This document shows, piece after piece, positions 26,077 through 35,816 of a DNA stretch of 52,799 nt. Below the pieces are notes generated by a model. It saw nothing but the letters and a program-made list of their open reading frames with translations, was not told the origin of the DNA and ran no database searches. Location: contig JBBTSB010000011.1 of assembly GCA_038064915.1 (NCBI GenBank), positions 1-52,799 of the forward strand, read 5' to 3'. This DNA comes from Patescibacteria group bacterium (GTDB lineage: Bacteria; Patescibacteriota; Minisyncoccia; 2-02-FULL-40-12; IGHO2-01-FULL-4-A). Each line of letters starts with the position of its first letter. Within the stretch, counting starts at the first letter, position 1. Position numbers and translations under genes: made by a program.

Positions 26077-27686
26077 GCTATCTCTTTGTTGTAACAACTT
26101 TCACAATAGACGATCTCGGGGCGAGCAGGTGCGTATGAAGTTTCTATCTCTTTTTGGCACTTCATACAATTACGCTTCCACAGTTTCCGCGGATTTCTTC
26201 GAGCCAAACGTGTTTTCAATCGACAAGGGAAACAATAGATAGGTAAGGGCAATTTCATCTTTTTATAGAATTCTACCTCCGTAGGATGTAGTTTAAATGC
26301 CCCGACACCTACACAATCGCCATTTTCACACCCCAAGATATCTCCACCGGTTTTATATCCTTGTTTTGGTTTTTCGTACCATCGCCAGCCCTTCGCCAAA
26401 ACTTGATCCCTTGTCATGGGAAAGTAATCAAACGCGATACTATCATTGTACGGAAAAGCAGAGATCGCTACAGGAAAAAATTCACCCCATTCTTCTGTAC
26501 TCTTCATATGTGCCACAATCTTATCTTTCATCGTCTTCCATTCCTGTGGTGCATATTGTTTGTTAAATATACAATATTTTTTATTCATCATAGATACACA
26601 CCCAAGTAAATAGTCGGACGAAAACGTCAACTCTGAACAATACACATCTGATCCGGTCCACTTCTTGGAAGTACAAATATTATTTTGTCCCCAACCCGTG
26701 CCTTCAACCTCATAATCAAGCGTATTGTCATAGGCTTCAGTGAGATCCATTGAGTCCCTCGCCACCCAAGCATCTTGGCCATACTTCAAATTTTCATTTT
26801 CATAGCAATTATAAATAAAATGGGAATTCTTGTTGAACGCCATGTAGTCTCCCGTCGAATTCACAATGTGCCCACCGTGGTAGTATTTTGCTGGAAGTTG
26901 AAGCCTAAGCTTCTCCATCAAAGCATAGTTCTTTTGAGTACCTTCGACGGACCAGTCCACATTTTTTAGTCTTTTATTATATTCTTCTTTCGTAAGCTGT
27001 TCATTGAACCAGCAATAGGATTTGTTGCGGAGATTTACACATCCAAAACAGTTACTACATCCTCGCAGGTCATTTCCAAAAAAACAGTCATTGCAATCAA
27101 CAGCCGTATGGAGCCAGCCCGATTTGTAACATTTCAAACAATCGAGGCATTCATATAAAAGTTCACACTCCTTGACCGTCCAGCAATCAACACACTCTTT
27201 GCAAGTCTGATACCAATTACCATACAAACAGTATTCGTTGTTATTACTTGCCTCACACATATAGCAATTTTTGTTGTCTGATGCCTGATTAGTGTACTCG
27301 GAATTCACACTATTACTATTGGTTAAGGTGATACGAGGCACGGTAAATCGATGCACTTTATATTGCTCAAAAAACGGACGCGAGAAATCAAAATCTCTAC
27401 CGAAGTCTAGCGTATCCCATCCATCACCCCAATAGCAGCCGTGGCAATACACCGGCCCGGGATAGTCGGGATTGTAGATGCTGACCATGTTTTTACCGCA
27501 CAGCGTGCAATTCCTCTTAAAAAAATTCCACTCATTCCGATTCGCCAGTCTTCGCTGATACCTGCAATCCGGACACAATGTCGGTGTTGGTACATCAATT
27601 TTTTTGTAGAATTCTAAGTCGTCCGATGTAATCTCAAAATTCTGCGAGCAATTTTTACAGGATTTAGTCTCCATTTCCACCCGCAT
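26073..27686 (-). CDS. Cys-rich zinc-ribbon/solenoid protein, paralogue 1
   Basis: CKNC...PTLCPDCR, CxxC-x17-CxxC at both ends, NCFGCVNLRNK and GEFFP motifs. Confidence 0.88.
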   Translation of the reverse strand: MRVEMETKSCKNCSQNFEITSDDLEFYKKIDVPTPTLCPDCRYQRRLANRNEWNFFKRNCTLCGKNMVSIYNPDYPGPVYCHGCYWGDGWDTLDFGRDFDFSRPFFEQYKVHRFTVPRITLTNSNSVNSEYTNQASDNKNCYMCEASNNNEYCLYGNWYQTCKECVDCWTVKECELLYECLDCLKCYKSGWLHTAVDCNDCFFGNDLRGCSNCFGCVNLRNKSYCWFNEQLTKEEYNKRLKNVDWSVEGTQKNYALMEKLRLQLPAKYYHGGHIVNSTGDYMAFNKNSHFIYNCYENENLKYGQDAWVARDSMDLTEAYDNTLDYEVEGTGWGQNNICTSKKWTGSDVYCSELTFSSDYLLGCVSMMNKKYCIFNKQYAPQEWKTMKDKIVAHMKSTEEWGEFFPVAISAFPYNDSIAFDYFPMTRDQVLAKGWRWYEKPKQGYKTGGDILGCENGDCVGVGAFKLHPTEVEFYKKMKLPLPIYCFPCRLKTRLARRNPRKLWKRNCMKCQKEIETSYAPARPEIVYCESCYNKEIA

Positions 27687-27687
27687 T

Positions 27688-27715
27688 TTGACATAATTTA
27701 CGTGTCTTGTACACT
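27688..27715 (+). promoter_or_regulatory. Sigma70-type promoter
   Basis: TTGACA-N16-TACACT. Confidence 0.55.
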
Positions 27716-27731
27716 TGTAATGGGAGGACCC

Positions 27732-27887
27732 ATGTCAACGGAAAGGTCCCTGGAAGTAAGCCAGACGCGCTGGTTCTTCACGATCTGGTTGCCCGCCGCA
27801 GCCGGTTCCGTGGTCATCACCGGGCTTCTGGCGCTCTGCGCCTACAAGCTCGGATGGCTTCACAGGATCGGCCTCCTGAACAAGTAG
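27732..27887 (+). CDS. Small single-TM protein (51 aa)
   Basis: GGGAGG SD before the ATG; hydrophobic core with basic C-terminus. Confidence 0.65.
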   Translation: MSTERSLEVSQTRWFFTIWLPAAAGSVVITGLLALCAYKLGWLHRIGLLNK

Positions 27888-27923
27888 GCCGAGGGAAGTA
27901 AGACCAAAGTAAGGGAGGTTCCG

Positions 27924-28031
27924 ATGAAATCAACCCCACCGCGGATGCCATATGGATGGGCGATGCTTATCGTCGGTGCCATCCTCGTCGCCGTCGCGAT
28001 TGCTCTCGTGGCGACATTCAAGAAGTTCTAG
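27924..28031 (+). CDS. Small single-TM peptide MKSTPPRMPYGWAMLIVGAILVAVAIALVATFKKF (35 aa, absent from the ORF track)
   Basis: AAGGGAGGT SD; clean hydrophobic helix; terminator follows. Confidence 0.7.
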   Translation: MKSTPPRMPYGWAMLIVGAILVAVAIALVATFKKF

Positions 28032-28040
28032 CCCCCGCTC

Positions 28041-28083
28041 AAAACTGCGCCCTTCGCGCCGTCCGCGGGGGTGCAGTCTTTTT
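28041..28083. terminator. Intrinsic terminator, probably bidirectional
   Basis: AAAACTGCGCCCTTCGCG-CCGTC-CGCGGGGGTGCAGT-CTTTTT between convergent genes. Confidence 0.75.
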
Positions 28084-29791
28084 ATACCGCTTCAGGATAT
28101 AGGCATTGCAGACAGTAGACAATGGGACCGCGTTGGGAGGTGAGGAATTCTGTGGGACATGGATCGGAACCGTGGAAGTGGGTGGCGAAGTTTTTGTAAA
28201 CGCCATTTGAGGATGTTGCTCCATGGCAATCGCATTTGCGCGGTTCAATAAATGCACTTGCGCGCTGGGCAATGCGCTCATTGTGTCGGCAATCAGGACA
28301 TTGACGCGGAATAGGAAGTTTTTCTTGGCGCAAAAAAGCCAGCTCCATCGGAATCACTCTATACACTTTCTGGCATTCTATGCACTCGAGAATTTCCTTT
28401 AAAATACTATCTTTCACATCCTCGATCGCATCTGGGATTTGTGTGGCGGTCATGGTGGGTTTGTGCTCACTCGGCGGCGCATCGTACCACGAGTAGCCCT
28501 TCGCAAGGGCCTGTTCTTTGGCCAATGGAAAATATTCTTGCGCAAGAGATATATTGTATGGAATAGATGAGTGGTCAATGGGAAAAAATTCTCCGTACTC
28601 ACCGTCGGCCTTCATTTTTTCAATAATCTTCGATCTCAATTGTTCATATTCCTCTTTCGTATATTGCTTGTTGAGAATACAATACCGTTTCTTTCTCAAA
28701 CCAACACATGCAAAACAATCGGCAAGATTGCGAGAAAACATACAATATTCACTACTTCTCATTTCAGACCAGCTTTCCAGGCTGAATTTACAATCACTCA
28801 TGCCATATCCACAAATAGCATTTTCATAGCAACCAACGACGTTTTGGCCCCATATGGTGAGATCGTAAGAATCCTCTGTTTTTGCGACCTGTGCGTATTG
28901 GAGATACCTACAATCTTTTGCCCCACGCACTATGTAGCCATAGTGCACATTCTTTGAATTGCTTATAAATTCCCCCGTGACATCATCATTCAGCACACCA
29001 TTGAGATAGGCAATCGGAAATTTTTCTGCAAAGGCGAATGCTTCGGCCTTGGCTTTTTGCAATCCAGACCAGGTATTAAGTCTCATCGCTGCTATTTTTT
29101 GATGGTACTCTTCTTTGGAGTAGGGCCTATTATAGATGTGATAGCTTTTATTCACCAAATTGACGCAACCAAAACAATTTGTCAGACCCTTGCTCGCGAA
29201 ACAAAACATCACCGAAGTATTGTCGATGGAACGAGAAGAAAAGTGACTTTGATAAGAATTGTGCACCCACAATGACCCATAGGAACGTTCGCACTTCGTT
29301 ACATGTGAACAATCAAAACAGGTCTTGCAAAAACTATGCTCATTACCATATGCGCAATCCTCTGATTCTCCCGAATTCGACAGCAAATAACAATTCTTGC
29401 AAAAGCCAATATTGATATTAAAATCACAGTTCACGTTTCCTTCCGTTGAACGCGCCGGCCGAGGGACCGTTTTTGCAAATTCATGCATTTGCTCAAAGAA
29501 AGGCCTTGAAAAGTCATAGTCTCGCCCATAGCTCAACGCATCCCAATCATCGCCATTCCATTCATCTTCGTCGTACACTGAAGCGCCGGATTCAGGAGGG
29601 TATAAACTTAAAATCTTTTTTCCAGACATTGCGCTCGTGTTCCAGAATGGTTTTCGATCATTGCGATACGCAAGTCGGCGCTGGAATCTGCACTTCCAGC
29701 AAAAGGTTGGAGGTGGGACGTTTATCTTTTTATAAAACTCAAAATCTTCCGGATCAATTGTAAAATCTTCATTGCAATTTTTACAAATCAT
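28082..29791 (-). CDS. Cys-rich zinc-ribbon/solenoid protein, paralogue 2
   Basis: Start MICKNC overlaps the VIT1 stop (ATGA); family motifs as in paralogue 1. Confidence 0.88.
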   Translation of the reverse strand: MICKNCNEDFTIDPEDFEFYKKINVPPPTFCWKCRFQRRLAYRNDRKPFWNTSAMSGKKILSLYPPESGASVYDEDEWNGDDWDALSYGRDYDFSRPFFEQMHEFAKTVPRPARSTEGNVNCDFNINIGFCKNCYLLSNSGESEDCAYGNEHSFCKTCFDCSHVTKCERSYGSLWVHNSYQSHFSSRSIDNTSVMFCFASKGLTNCFGCVNLVNKSYHIYNRPYSKEEYHQKIAAMRLNTWSGLQKAKAEAFAFAEKFPIAYLNGVLNDDVTGEFISNSKNVHYGYIVRGAKDCRYLQYAQVAKTEDSYDLTIWGQNVVGCYENAICGYGMSDCKFSLESWSEMRSSEYCMFSRNLADCFACVGLRKKRYCILNKQYTKEEYEQLRSKIIEKMKADGEYGEFFPIDHSSIPYNISLAQEYFPLAKEQALAKGYSWYDAPPSEHKPTMTATQIPDAIEDVKDSILKEILECIECQKVYRVIPMELAFLRQEKLPIPRQCPDCRHNERIAQRASAFIEPRKCDCHGATSSNGVYKNFATHFHGSDPCPTEFLTSQRGPIVYCLQCLYPEAV

Positions 29792-30504
29792 ACAATGCTT
29801 TGCACAAATCCGCCTATGAGAAACGCGGCGCCAGCGGCGAGACCGCCTACGAGCAGCATTTCCAGGCCGGAGCGGAACCATTTTTGGTTGATCACCAGCG
29901 AGCGCGAAGCTCCAACGACAAACAGAGAAATCGCAGTGGCGATGATGGACACGGTAAATTGTGATGCGGTCGGTACTCCGAAAACATACGGAATGAGTGG
30001 AAGCATACCGGCAATGAGAAACGCAACAAAAGTCACCAAGCCGTGCATAGCCGGCTTGTCATTGGGGTCTTCAAAAATATTGAGTTCTTCGCGCATCATA
30101 AAATCCACCCAGCGTTTTTTGTCTGAAATGATATCATTTACAAATACCGTAGCATGCTCTCCGCGAATCCCCCATCGTTCCACAATGTCCTCGACTTCCT
30201 TCTTTTCTTCAACGGGAAACTTCTCTACCTCGTACACCTCGCGTTCCCGCTCACGTGCCTCAAAAGATTTTTTGGAACGGAGTGAGAGAAAATTGGAAAG
30301 TCCCATGGAAATACCATCGCCTACCAGATTTGCCAAGCCCAATATGATGATCACGTGAGTCGGAAGTCCGGCTCCCACTGCACCTGAAACAACCGCAAAC
30401 GTTGTGATAATTCCGTCATTTGCCCCATACACAAAATCGGCAAGGTATTCGCCCTCGCTCTTTGCATGAAACATTTCGCTATGCGCTTGTGGAAAGGTTT
30501 TCAT
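29788..30504 (-). CDS. VIT1/CCC1-family Fe/Mn transporter
   Basis: DFVYGANDGIITTFAVVSG, ANLVGDGISMG and MMREEL motifs. Confidence 0.93.
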   Translation of the reverse strand: MKTFPQAHSEMFHAKSEGEYLADFVYGANDGIITTFAVVSGAVGAGLPTHVIIILGLANLVGDGISMGLSNFLSLRSKKSFEAREREREVYEVEKFPVEEKKEVEDIVERWGIRGEHATVFVNDIISDKKRWVDFMMREELNIFEDPNDKPAMHGLVTFVAFLIAGMLPLIPYVFGVPTASQFTVSIIATAISLFVVGASRSLVINQKWFRSGLEMLLVGGLAAGAAFLIGGFVQSIV

Positions 30505-30794
30505 GGTGATCTCCTATACAGCATTGTAACGTAACTCGTGATTTCTCGGTAGTCAACATGTTGGAGCTTGCTGGCGTTGGTGTGTTGAAGCATGAGCGTA
30601 TTGGTAGCTTGCCAATTCTGCATAGATTTGAGAAAAACAACTATCGTTTCCGGAGAGTCCAGGTGATCACTTGCAAACCGCAGAATTGTTTCGTAGTTGT
30701 ATTCTCGCATAGCTTCAAGTGTCTCTCGATCTTTCTGTTCTGAAACAGATTTTCTCATAGTAAATCTGATCATCAGTGTAAATCGTGAACTCAA
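30501..30794 (-). CDS. Hypothetical protein
   Basis: ORF with 4-nt overlaps at both ends. Confidence 0.5.
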   Translation of the reverse strand: MSSRFTLMIRFTMRKSVSEQKDRETLEAMREYNYETILRFASDHLDSPETIVVFLKSMQNWQATNTLMLQHTNASKLQHVDYREITSYVTMLYRRSP

Positions 30795-31087
30795 TCTTGC
30801 ATTTCTGACAATATTTCATGTTCGGTTGTCTGTTGTTTCTGATCCTGTTTTCCTTTTAGTTCTTTCAGTATGTGCTCCGCGACGGTGCCGGATTTTCTGC
30901 GGGTTCCTCCGGGCAACAGCTCTATTCCAATTTTTGCGTTGAACGCAACCAGCAATGAAAGCACGAAAAAACACTTCAATGCCGCACGTCGCGTGCCGGA
31001 AGATCGTTCAAAGCGACGTTCCTCCTCCTGCAATACATCAGGAAAAGATTTTTTTCGCTCTGGTGATGGTGGTAAATCAAAATTCAT
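30791..31087 (-). CDS. Hypothetical protein with one hydrophobic segment
   Basis: Overlapping ORF within the operon. Confidence 0.5.
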   Translation of the reverse strand: MNFDLPPSPERKKSFPDVLQEEERRFERSSGTRRAALKCFFVLSLLVAFNAKIGIELLPGGTRRKSGTVAEHILKELKGKQDQKQQTTEHEILSEMQD

Positions 31088-31271
31088 GTTGTAGTTCTAT
31101 AATGCGTGCAAATGCTTCGGTATCTCCAGCAGCAATGGCTGTTTTTTTTTCGAGGTAGTTATCGAGGAGTATTTGCTTCTTCGTTTCGTCGTAGCCAACA
31201 AACGCGCGAAATTCTTCGGCAATTTCGAGTGGTAGTTCCGCAAGTAATTGTTCCCAAGCATCAATGGCCAT
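31077..31271 (-). CDS. Small acidic hypothetical protein
   Basis: Overlaps neighbours on both sides. Confidence 0.55.
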   Translation of the reverse strand: MAIDAWEQLLAELPLEIAEEFRAFVGYDETKKQILLDNYLEKKTAIAAGDTEAFARIIELQHEF

Positions 31272-31728
31272 TGTTCAATAAATCATAAAATTTTTCTTGG
31301 ACTTTTTGAAGTTTGGGATTGATCACCATTTGGCAGTACGGGGCACTGGAATTATTTTTGTAGTAGTTGTGATGCTCCTCTTCGGCGGGAGAAAATTTGC
31401 CAAGTGGTTTGAGTTCAGTGACTATGCCCGGGCCAAGTTCTCCGATGAATCGCTCCGCGTCCTTTTTTTGATAGTCCGTCGTGTAGGAAATGGCCGATCG
31501 ATATTGTGGACCGACATCGGCGCCCTGACGATCCCGACTGGTCGGATCATGAGTCGCAAAAAAGACCGTCAACAAGTCATGAAACTTGACCTTTTTCGGA
31601 TCAAATTCGATCCGTATCACCTCGATGCCGTCGACATATCCGGGCATCACAGATTTTACGCCCTTGAGTTGCTGAAATACCGCCTCGGTGCACCAAAAAC
31701 ATCCTCCGCCGAATACTACGATTTCCAT
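31261..31728 (-). CDS. msrA: Peptide methionine sulfoxide reductase A
   Basis: FGGGCFWC, HDPT..RQGADVGPQYRS, AEEEHHNYY and PYC motifs. Confidence 0.95.
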   Translation of the reverse strand: MEIVVFGGGCFWCTEAVFQQLKGVKSVMPGYVDGIEVIRIEFDPKKVKFHDLLTVFFATHDPTSRDRQGADVGPQYRSAISYTTDYQKKDAERFIGELGPGIVTELKPLGKFSPAEEEHHNYYKNNSSAPYCQMVINPKLQKVQEKFYDLLNNGH

Positions 31729-31746
31729 GAGAAAATAATACGCTTT

Positions 31747-32976
31747 TTAGCGAAAAAAGGAAAGAAGGACCGCCAAGCCTACGATAGCCATCGCGATCGT
31801 AATAATCCAGCCAAGCGTTTTGGTTGCCGGACCAGAAACGTAGTTTCCCATTATAGTCTTGTTGCCACTGATGCGCACTACCAAGAACAATATAATCGGT
31901 GCAATGAGACCATTGAGCACTGCCGAATACAATAGTGCTTTGATGGGATCGAGATTGATAAAGTTCATCAAGAGTCCCGCCAGCACGGAAAGCGCAAGCA
32001 CTTCATAAAACGTATGACGACGGAGACGAAATGTTTCGGAAAGCGCATACGAAGCCGCGCCCGCAAGGACGGGAACCGCCAAAAGTCCGGTACCAATAAT
32101 GCCCAACGCAAAGAGCAGAAATGTCCATTGACCGGCAAAGGGCTTGAGAGCCGCAGCCGCATCGGCCGCAGTTGTGATGTTCGTAATTCCGTGACTAGAA
32201 AGCACCACGGCACTTGTCATAATAATAAAAAACATAACAAAATTGGAAAGCAACATCCCCGACCATACATCGGTGCGCATAGCACGAATGGTACTCGGAT
32301 GCACATCGTCTTGACGCTCTTGAATAGTCACATCACCTTTTGCAATTTTTTCTTCAATTTCTTGTCCCGTCTGCCAAAAAAATAAATATGGAGAAATGGT
32401 CGTACCTAGCACGGCGCATATCATAAAAAGATACTCACGCGACCAGTGGAAGGAGGGAAGAATAGTTTTATGAAAAATGGAAGACCAATCCGCATCAATC
32501 ATAAATCCCGCGATAACATATGCAAATAACGAAAAGGTTAAGTATTTGAGATACCGGGCAAAATTTGTATAGCGGACAAAGAGCTGCAAGAACAAACTCA
32601 CAACAGCAAAGCCTATGACCAAGACAAAAAAGTTTATTCGAGGTGCCAGGAGCCGTACGCTGGCCGCCATTGCGCCCAAGTCAGCACCGATGTTGAAAAT
32701 ATTCGCAACAAAAAGCAATAGCGTGCATACATACAATACGCCCCGCGAGTAGTGGGTACGAATATTTGCCGCCAGTCCCCGCCCCGTCACCAGTCCGATG
32801 CGCGCACACATTTCCTGCACGATCGCCATGAAAGGAAACGTAACTACAGCCATCCACAGGAATCCAAAACCAAATCGCGCTCCCGCCTGCGAGTAGGTAG
32901 CAATTCCCGACGGATCATCATCCGCCGCACCGGTCACCAGTCCAGGACCGAGCTTGCGCCAGTATTCTTTAAACAT
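31747..32976 (-). CDS. Nramp-family divalent metal transporter
   Basis: LGPGLVTGAADDDPSGIATYSQAGA and GTTISPYLFFWQ; multi-TM. Confidence 0.9.
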   Translation of the reverse strand: MFKEYWRKLGPGLVTGAADDDPSGIATYSQAGARFGFGFLWMAVVTFPFMAIVQEMCARIGLVTGRGLAANIRTHYSRGVLYVCTLLLFVANIFNIGADLGAMAASVRLLAPRINFFVLVIGFAVVSLFLQLFVRYTNFARYLKYLTFSLFAYVIAGFMIDADWSSIFHKTILPSFHWSREYLFMICAVLGTTISPYLFFWQTGQEIEEKIAKGDVTIQERQDDVHPSTIRAMRTDVWSGMLLSNFVMFFIIMTSAVVLSSHGITNITTAADAAAALKPFAGQWTFLLFALGIIGTGLLAVPVLAGAASYALSETFRLRRHTFYEVLALSVLAGLLMNFINLDPIKALLYSAVLNGLIAPIILFLVVRISGNKTIMGNYVSGPATKTLGWIITIAMAIVGLAVLLSFFR

Positions 32977-32985
32977 ACTAAAATC

Positions 32986-33303
32986 TTACACCACGAGGTA
33001 GTGTCCGGTAAAGAAGAGGAACAGCGCAAGCGCGCCAAGGATTGCGATTACGATAAGCCACTTGATACTGTTTTTCACCTGCATATCGCCTGGCTCGCGT
33101 TTGAGCACATAGATCAAAAGTAGTAAAACAACATAGATACCGATCGTAAACCAGCTCTTGGTCGTCCAGTGATGACCGGTGACGGATTTGAGCCAAGCTT
33201 TGAGAGGCGCATTGAGCTCGGCCCAGATGGTGATGATCGTGGCAAACAAAATGGCTTTTGATGCCGCCCAACTTGATGAGTAAATTAATCTTAATCTGTT
33301 CAT
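32986..33303 (-). CDS. Small 3-TM membrane protein with GHHW motif
   Basis: Start MNRLRLIY has an ATGA overlap with the upstream gene. Confidence 0.7.
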   Translation of the reverse strand: MNRLRLIYSSSWAASKAILFATIITIWAELNAPLKAWLKSVTGHHWTTKSWFTIGIYVVLLLLIYVLKREPGDMQVKNSIKWLIVIAILGALALFLFFTGHYLVV

Positions 33304-33794
33304 GATTGCAAAATTCCCCACCGTGCCGCGGCGGAGATAATAAAACCTAGGGCGCCAATGAAAAGCCCGAGTGCGGCAATCGTACCGACAAGCCACAAGA
33401 TGGGGCGCTTCAGCTGAAGCCGAGCAATAGTTTCCTGATCCAAAAATGCAACAAAGAAAGCTGTTATCCCCATGGGCACAAGAAACAGAAAGATGTGTTC
33501 TTTGGCCTCCATGGCAATCGCATGCGCCCAAGGAGCCGTACCACTCAAAATCGTCGGCTTGACGAGGGTGCCATAGAATTTGACGTAGTAGTATCCACCG
33601 ATGATCCAGGTCATGACGAATCCCACACACCCGATCACCGCCGCCCAGACGCGGCGTTTGGTGTTTGCGACATCAGCCCAAAATTCCCCTAGTAGCCACA
33701 AAAAAGCATCAATGCCAATGATTGCAAACGTGAGATGGAGTCCAATGAGTACCGGTTTTGCAGTAAGAAAATCGAACATATACTCCACTTTCAT
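33300..33794 (-). CDS. 4-TM membrane protein
   Basis: Four hydrophobic helices; GGYYYV...APWAH..MEAKEHIF. Confidence 0.75.
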   Translation of the reverse strand: MKVEYMFDFLTAKPVLIGLHLTFAIIGIDAFLWLLGEFWADVANTKRRVWAAVIGCVGFVMTWIIGGYYYVKFYGTLVKPTILSGTAPWAHAIAMEAKEHIFLFLVPMGITAFFVAFLDQETIARLQLKRPILWLVGTIAALGLFIGALGFIISAAARWGILQS

Positions 33795-33834
33795 TATACG
33801 CCGAATTTATATAAAGTTATCCACCTTTCAAACG

Positions 33835-33877
33835 AAATAGGGGGCGGAGCGGCTCTCGCGAGTCCACTCCACCCCCT
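33835..33877 (-). terminator. Intrinsic terminator
   Basis: Minus strand AGGGGGTGGAGTGGACTC-GCGA-GAGCCGCTCCGCCCCCT-ATTT. Confidence 0.65.
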
Positions 33878-33883
33878 CGGAAC

Positions 33884-34159
33884 CTAGCAATCCGCTATTG
33901 CGGAGATCTCGAGGAGGCAGTTGTCGCCTCCGTCACAGCCCCCGTTGAACGGACACCTCCGGCAACCCGGAAGCCCGTTGCCACGGACAGTGACGACACG
34001 CAACCGCTTGCGAATCCTCGTCCGGCCCGTCCTCGGGTCCCTACCGACGACGTAGTCGCCGTCCTCGAGGGATGTCGTTCCCGGTTCCGGCCCGTTGATG
34101 GCCGGAATACCGATCTTCTCTTCCCACTCTGCTCGGATGGCGTTCCCGAGCTTTTGCAT
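33884..34159 (-). CDS. Small GC-rich hypothetical protein with a C-terminal Cys cluster
   Basis: AGGAGG SD; promoter TTGACT-N17-TATGAT at 34205-34233; CRRCPFNGGCDGGDNC. Confidence 0.65.
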   Translation of the reverse strand: MQKLGNAIRAEWEEKIGIPAINGPEPGTTSLEDGDYVVGRDPRTGRTRIRKRLRVVTVRGNGLPGCRRCPFNGGCDGGDNCLLEISAIADC

Positions 34160-34229
34160 GCTTCCTCCTATCTTCTGATGGACGGGTCATGAAGCTATGC
34201 CTAGATCATACTCTCATTGTTCCGTCAAG

Positions 34230-35816
34230 TCAAGCGACCTCTTGTTGATAGCATTCAATGCAATACACAATTTCCGGACGGTCTGGCGAGTAGGAAGTGG
34301 ATATCTCTTTTGAGCATTTTGCACAAGAGCGATCCCATAGTTTAAGCGGATTTCGTTTAGCCAATCTTTCAAAATGCCGACAGTTGGGACAAAGTTTAGG
34401 AATAGGAAGATTGAATTGCTTGTAAAATTCAAGTTCATCTGGAATCATTTTAAATGCCTTGGTGCATTGTTGATTGCAATTCCCTGCATGCTCGCAAGCA
34501 ACCACATCGCCACCGATCGTAGGATTTTTCTCTTCCATATCTCGCCAGCGATAGCCTTTTGCGAGTGCCTGCTCTTTGGTGAGAGGGAAAAATTCCTGCG
34601 CGATCGTTTCATTGTACGCATGAGGACTTAATGACATCGGAAAATATTCGCCATAATCTGCCCCCATATGCGCCTTGATCTTTTTCACCGTTTCTTCGTA
34701 GTCTTCTTTTGAGTATTGTTTGTTGAGAATGCAGTACTCACTTTTTCGTATACCGTCGCAGCCAAATAAATTTGTGCTGCTATGACAATTAAAGCAATAT
34801 TCTGCATTGATGAGCTGGCTCCAGCATTCATTTAAAAATTTGCCGTCAGCGCATTGCAGACCGACATTGATTCCCTCATACATGCGTTCCGATTTGTTTG
34901 ACCACGGACCAAAATCCATGAGGTCTTTTCCGTAGAACACGCGAAAACAATATCGTGCATCTTCGACTTCGAGAACATTATACGACTGGAATATATTTTT
35001 CGAGTTATCGATCCAATTGCCCGTGACGTTTGTGCTTTGACGAGTCACGAGGGCCGGGACCGGCAAGCTTCGTTTGAGCTCCTCAAACTTTTCTATCGTA
35101 AATTCTTTTATTTTTTCTTTATATTCTTCTTTCGTGTATTGCACATTGAGCACACAATAGCTTTTATTTCGCAAATTCACACAACCATAGCAGTCGGTAC
35201 AGTTGCGACAATTCAGCAAGTACGACGAGTTTGCGCATTCCTGGCATTCTTGGCTGTACAAGAGATTTGAGCACGAAAGTACGTCAATACATTCATAACA
35301 GCGCTCCGACTTTTGCGCAGTGAAGCAGTCCATGCAATTTTGTGAAAAATCATAGCCGATGCCGTAGCGACAATCTTCGGCCTTGGTGCTCTCGAACACC
35401 AAGTAGCAGTTCTTCATGTCCGTCACGCGATTGGTATATTCGGAGTTCGTACTAAATCCCTGTCTCACTACACCGCACCGCGGCACGGCATTTCTTAATT
35501 CGAGAAATTGATCGAAAAACGGCTTTGAAAAATCATAGTCTCGTCCGTAGCTCTTGGGATCCCAGGAATCAGACCACCAGCATTCATAGCAGTAGACAGG
35601 AAATGGAGCGTCGGCAGGGTACATAAAGATCTTATCCGCACCACATTTATCACACTTGCGCTTGTACAGTGCGCGATCATTGCGAAATGTCATACGCCGA
35701 ATCATCCGGCATTCCGGACACCATGTCGGCTCTGGCACTTCAAATCTGCCGTACATCTCACGATCTTCGGGAAAGATTTCAAACGATTGGTTGCAATTTT
35801 TACAGGATTTATTCAT
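34230..35816 (-). CDS. Cys-rich zinc-ribbon/solenoid protein, paralogue 3
   Basis: Family motifs as in paralogue 1. Confidence 0.9.
   Translation of the reverse strand: MNKSCKNCNQSFEIFPEDREMYGRFEVPEPTWCPECRMIRRMTFRNDRALYKRKCDKCGADKIFMYPADAPFPVYCYECWWSDSWDPKSYGRDYDFSKPFFDQFLELRNAVPRCGVVRQGFSTNSEYTNRVTDMKNCYLVFESTKAEDCRYGIGYDFSQNCMDCFTAQKSERCYECIDVLSCSNLLYSQECQECANSSYLLNCRNCTDCYGCVNLRNKSYCVLNVQYTKEEYKEKIKEFTIEKFEELKRSLPVPALVTRQSTNVTGNWIDNSKNIFQSYNVLEVEDARYCFRVFYGKDLMDFGPWSNKSERMYEGINVGLQCADGKFLNECWSQLINAEYCFNCHSSTNLFGCDGIRKSEYCILNKQYSKEDYEETVKKIKAHMGADYGEYFPMSLSPHAYNETIAQEFFPLTKEQALAKGYRWRDMEEKNPTIGGDVVACEHAGNCNQQCTKAFKMIPDELEFYKQFNLPIPKLCPNCRHFERLAKRNPLKLWDRSCAKCSKEISTSYSPDRPEIVYCIECYQQEVA

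Noticed and set aside
29792-29881. Upstream extensions given for paralogue 2 (and likewise 43283-43498 for paralogue 6)
   Set aside because: They are alternate frames of the VIT1 and SPFH genes; family homology starts at the CKNC motif.
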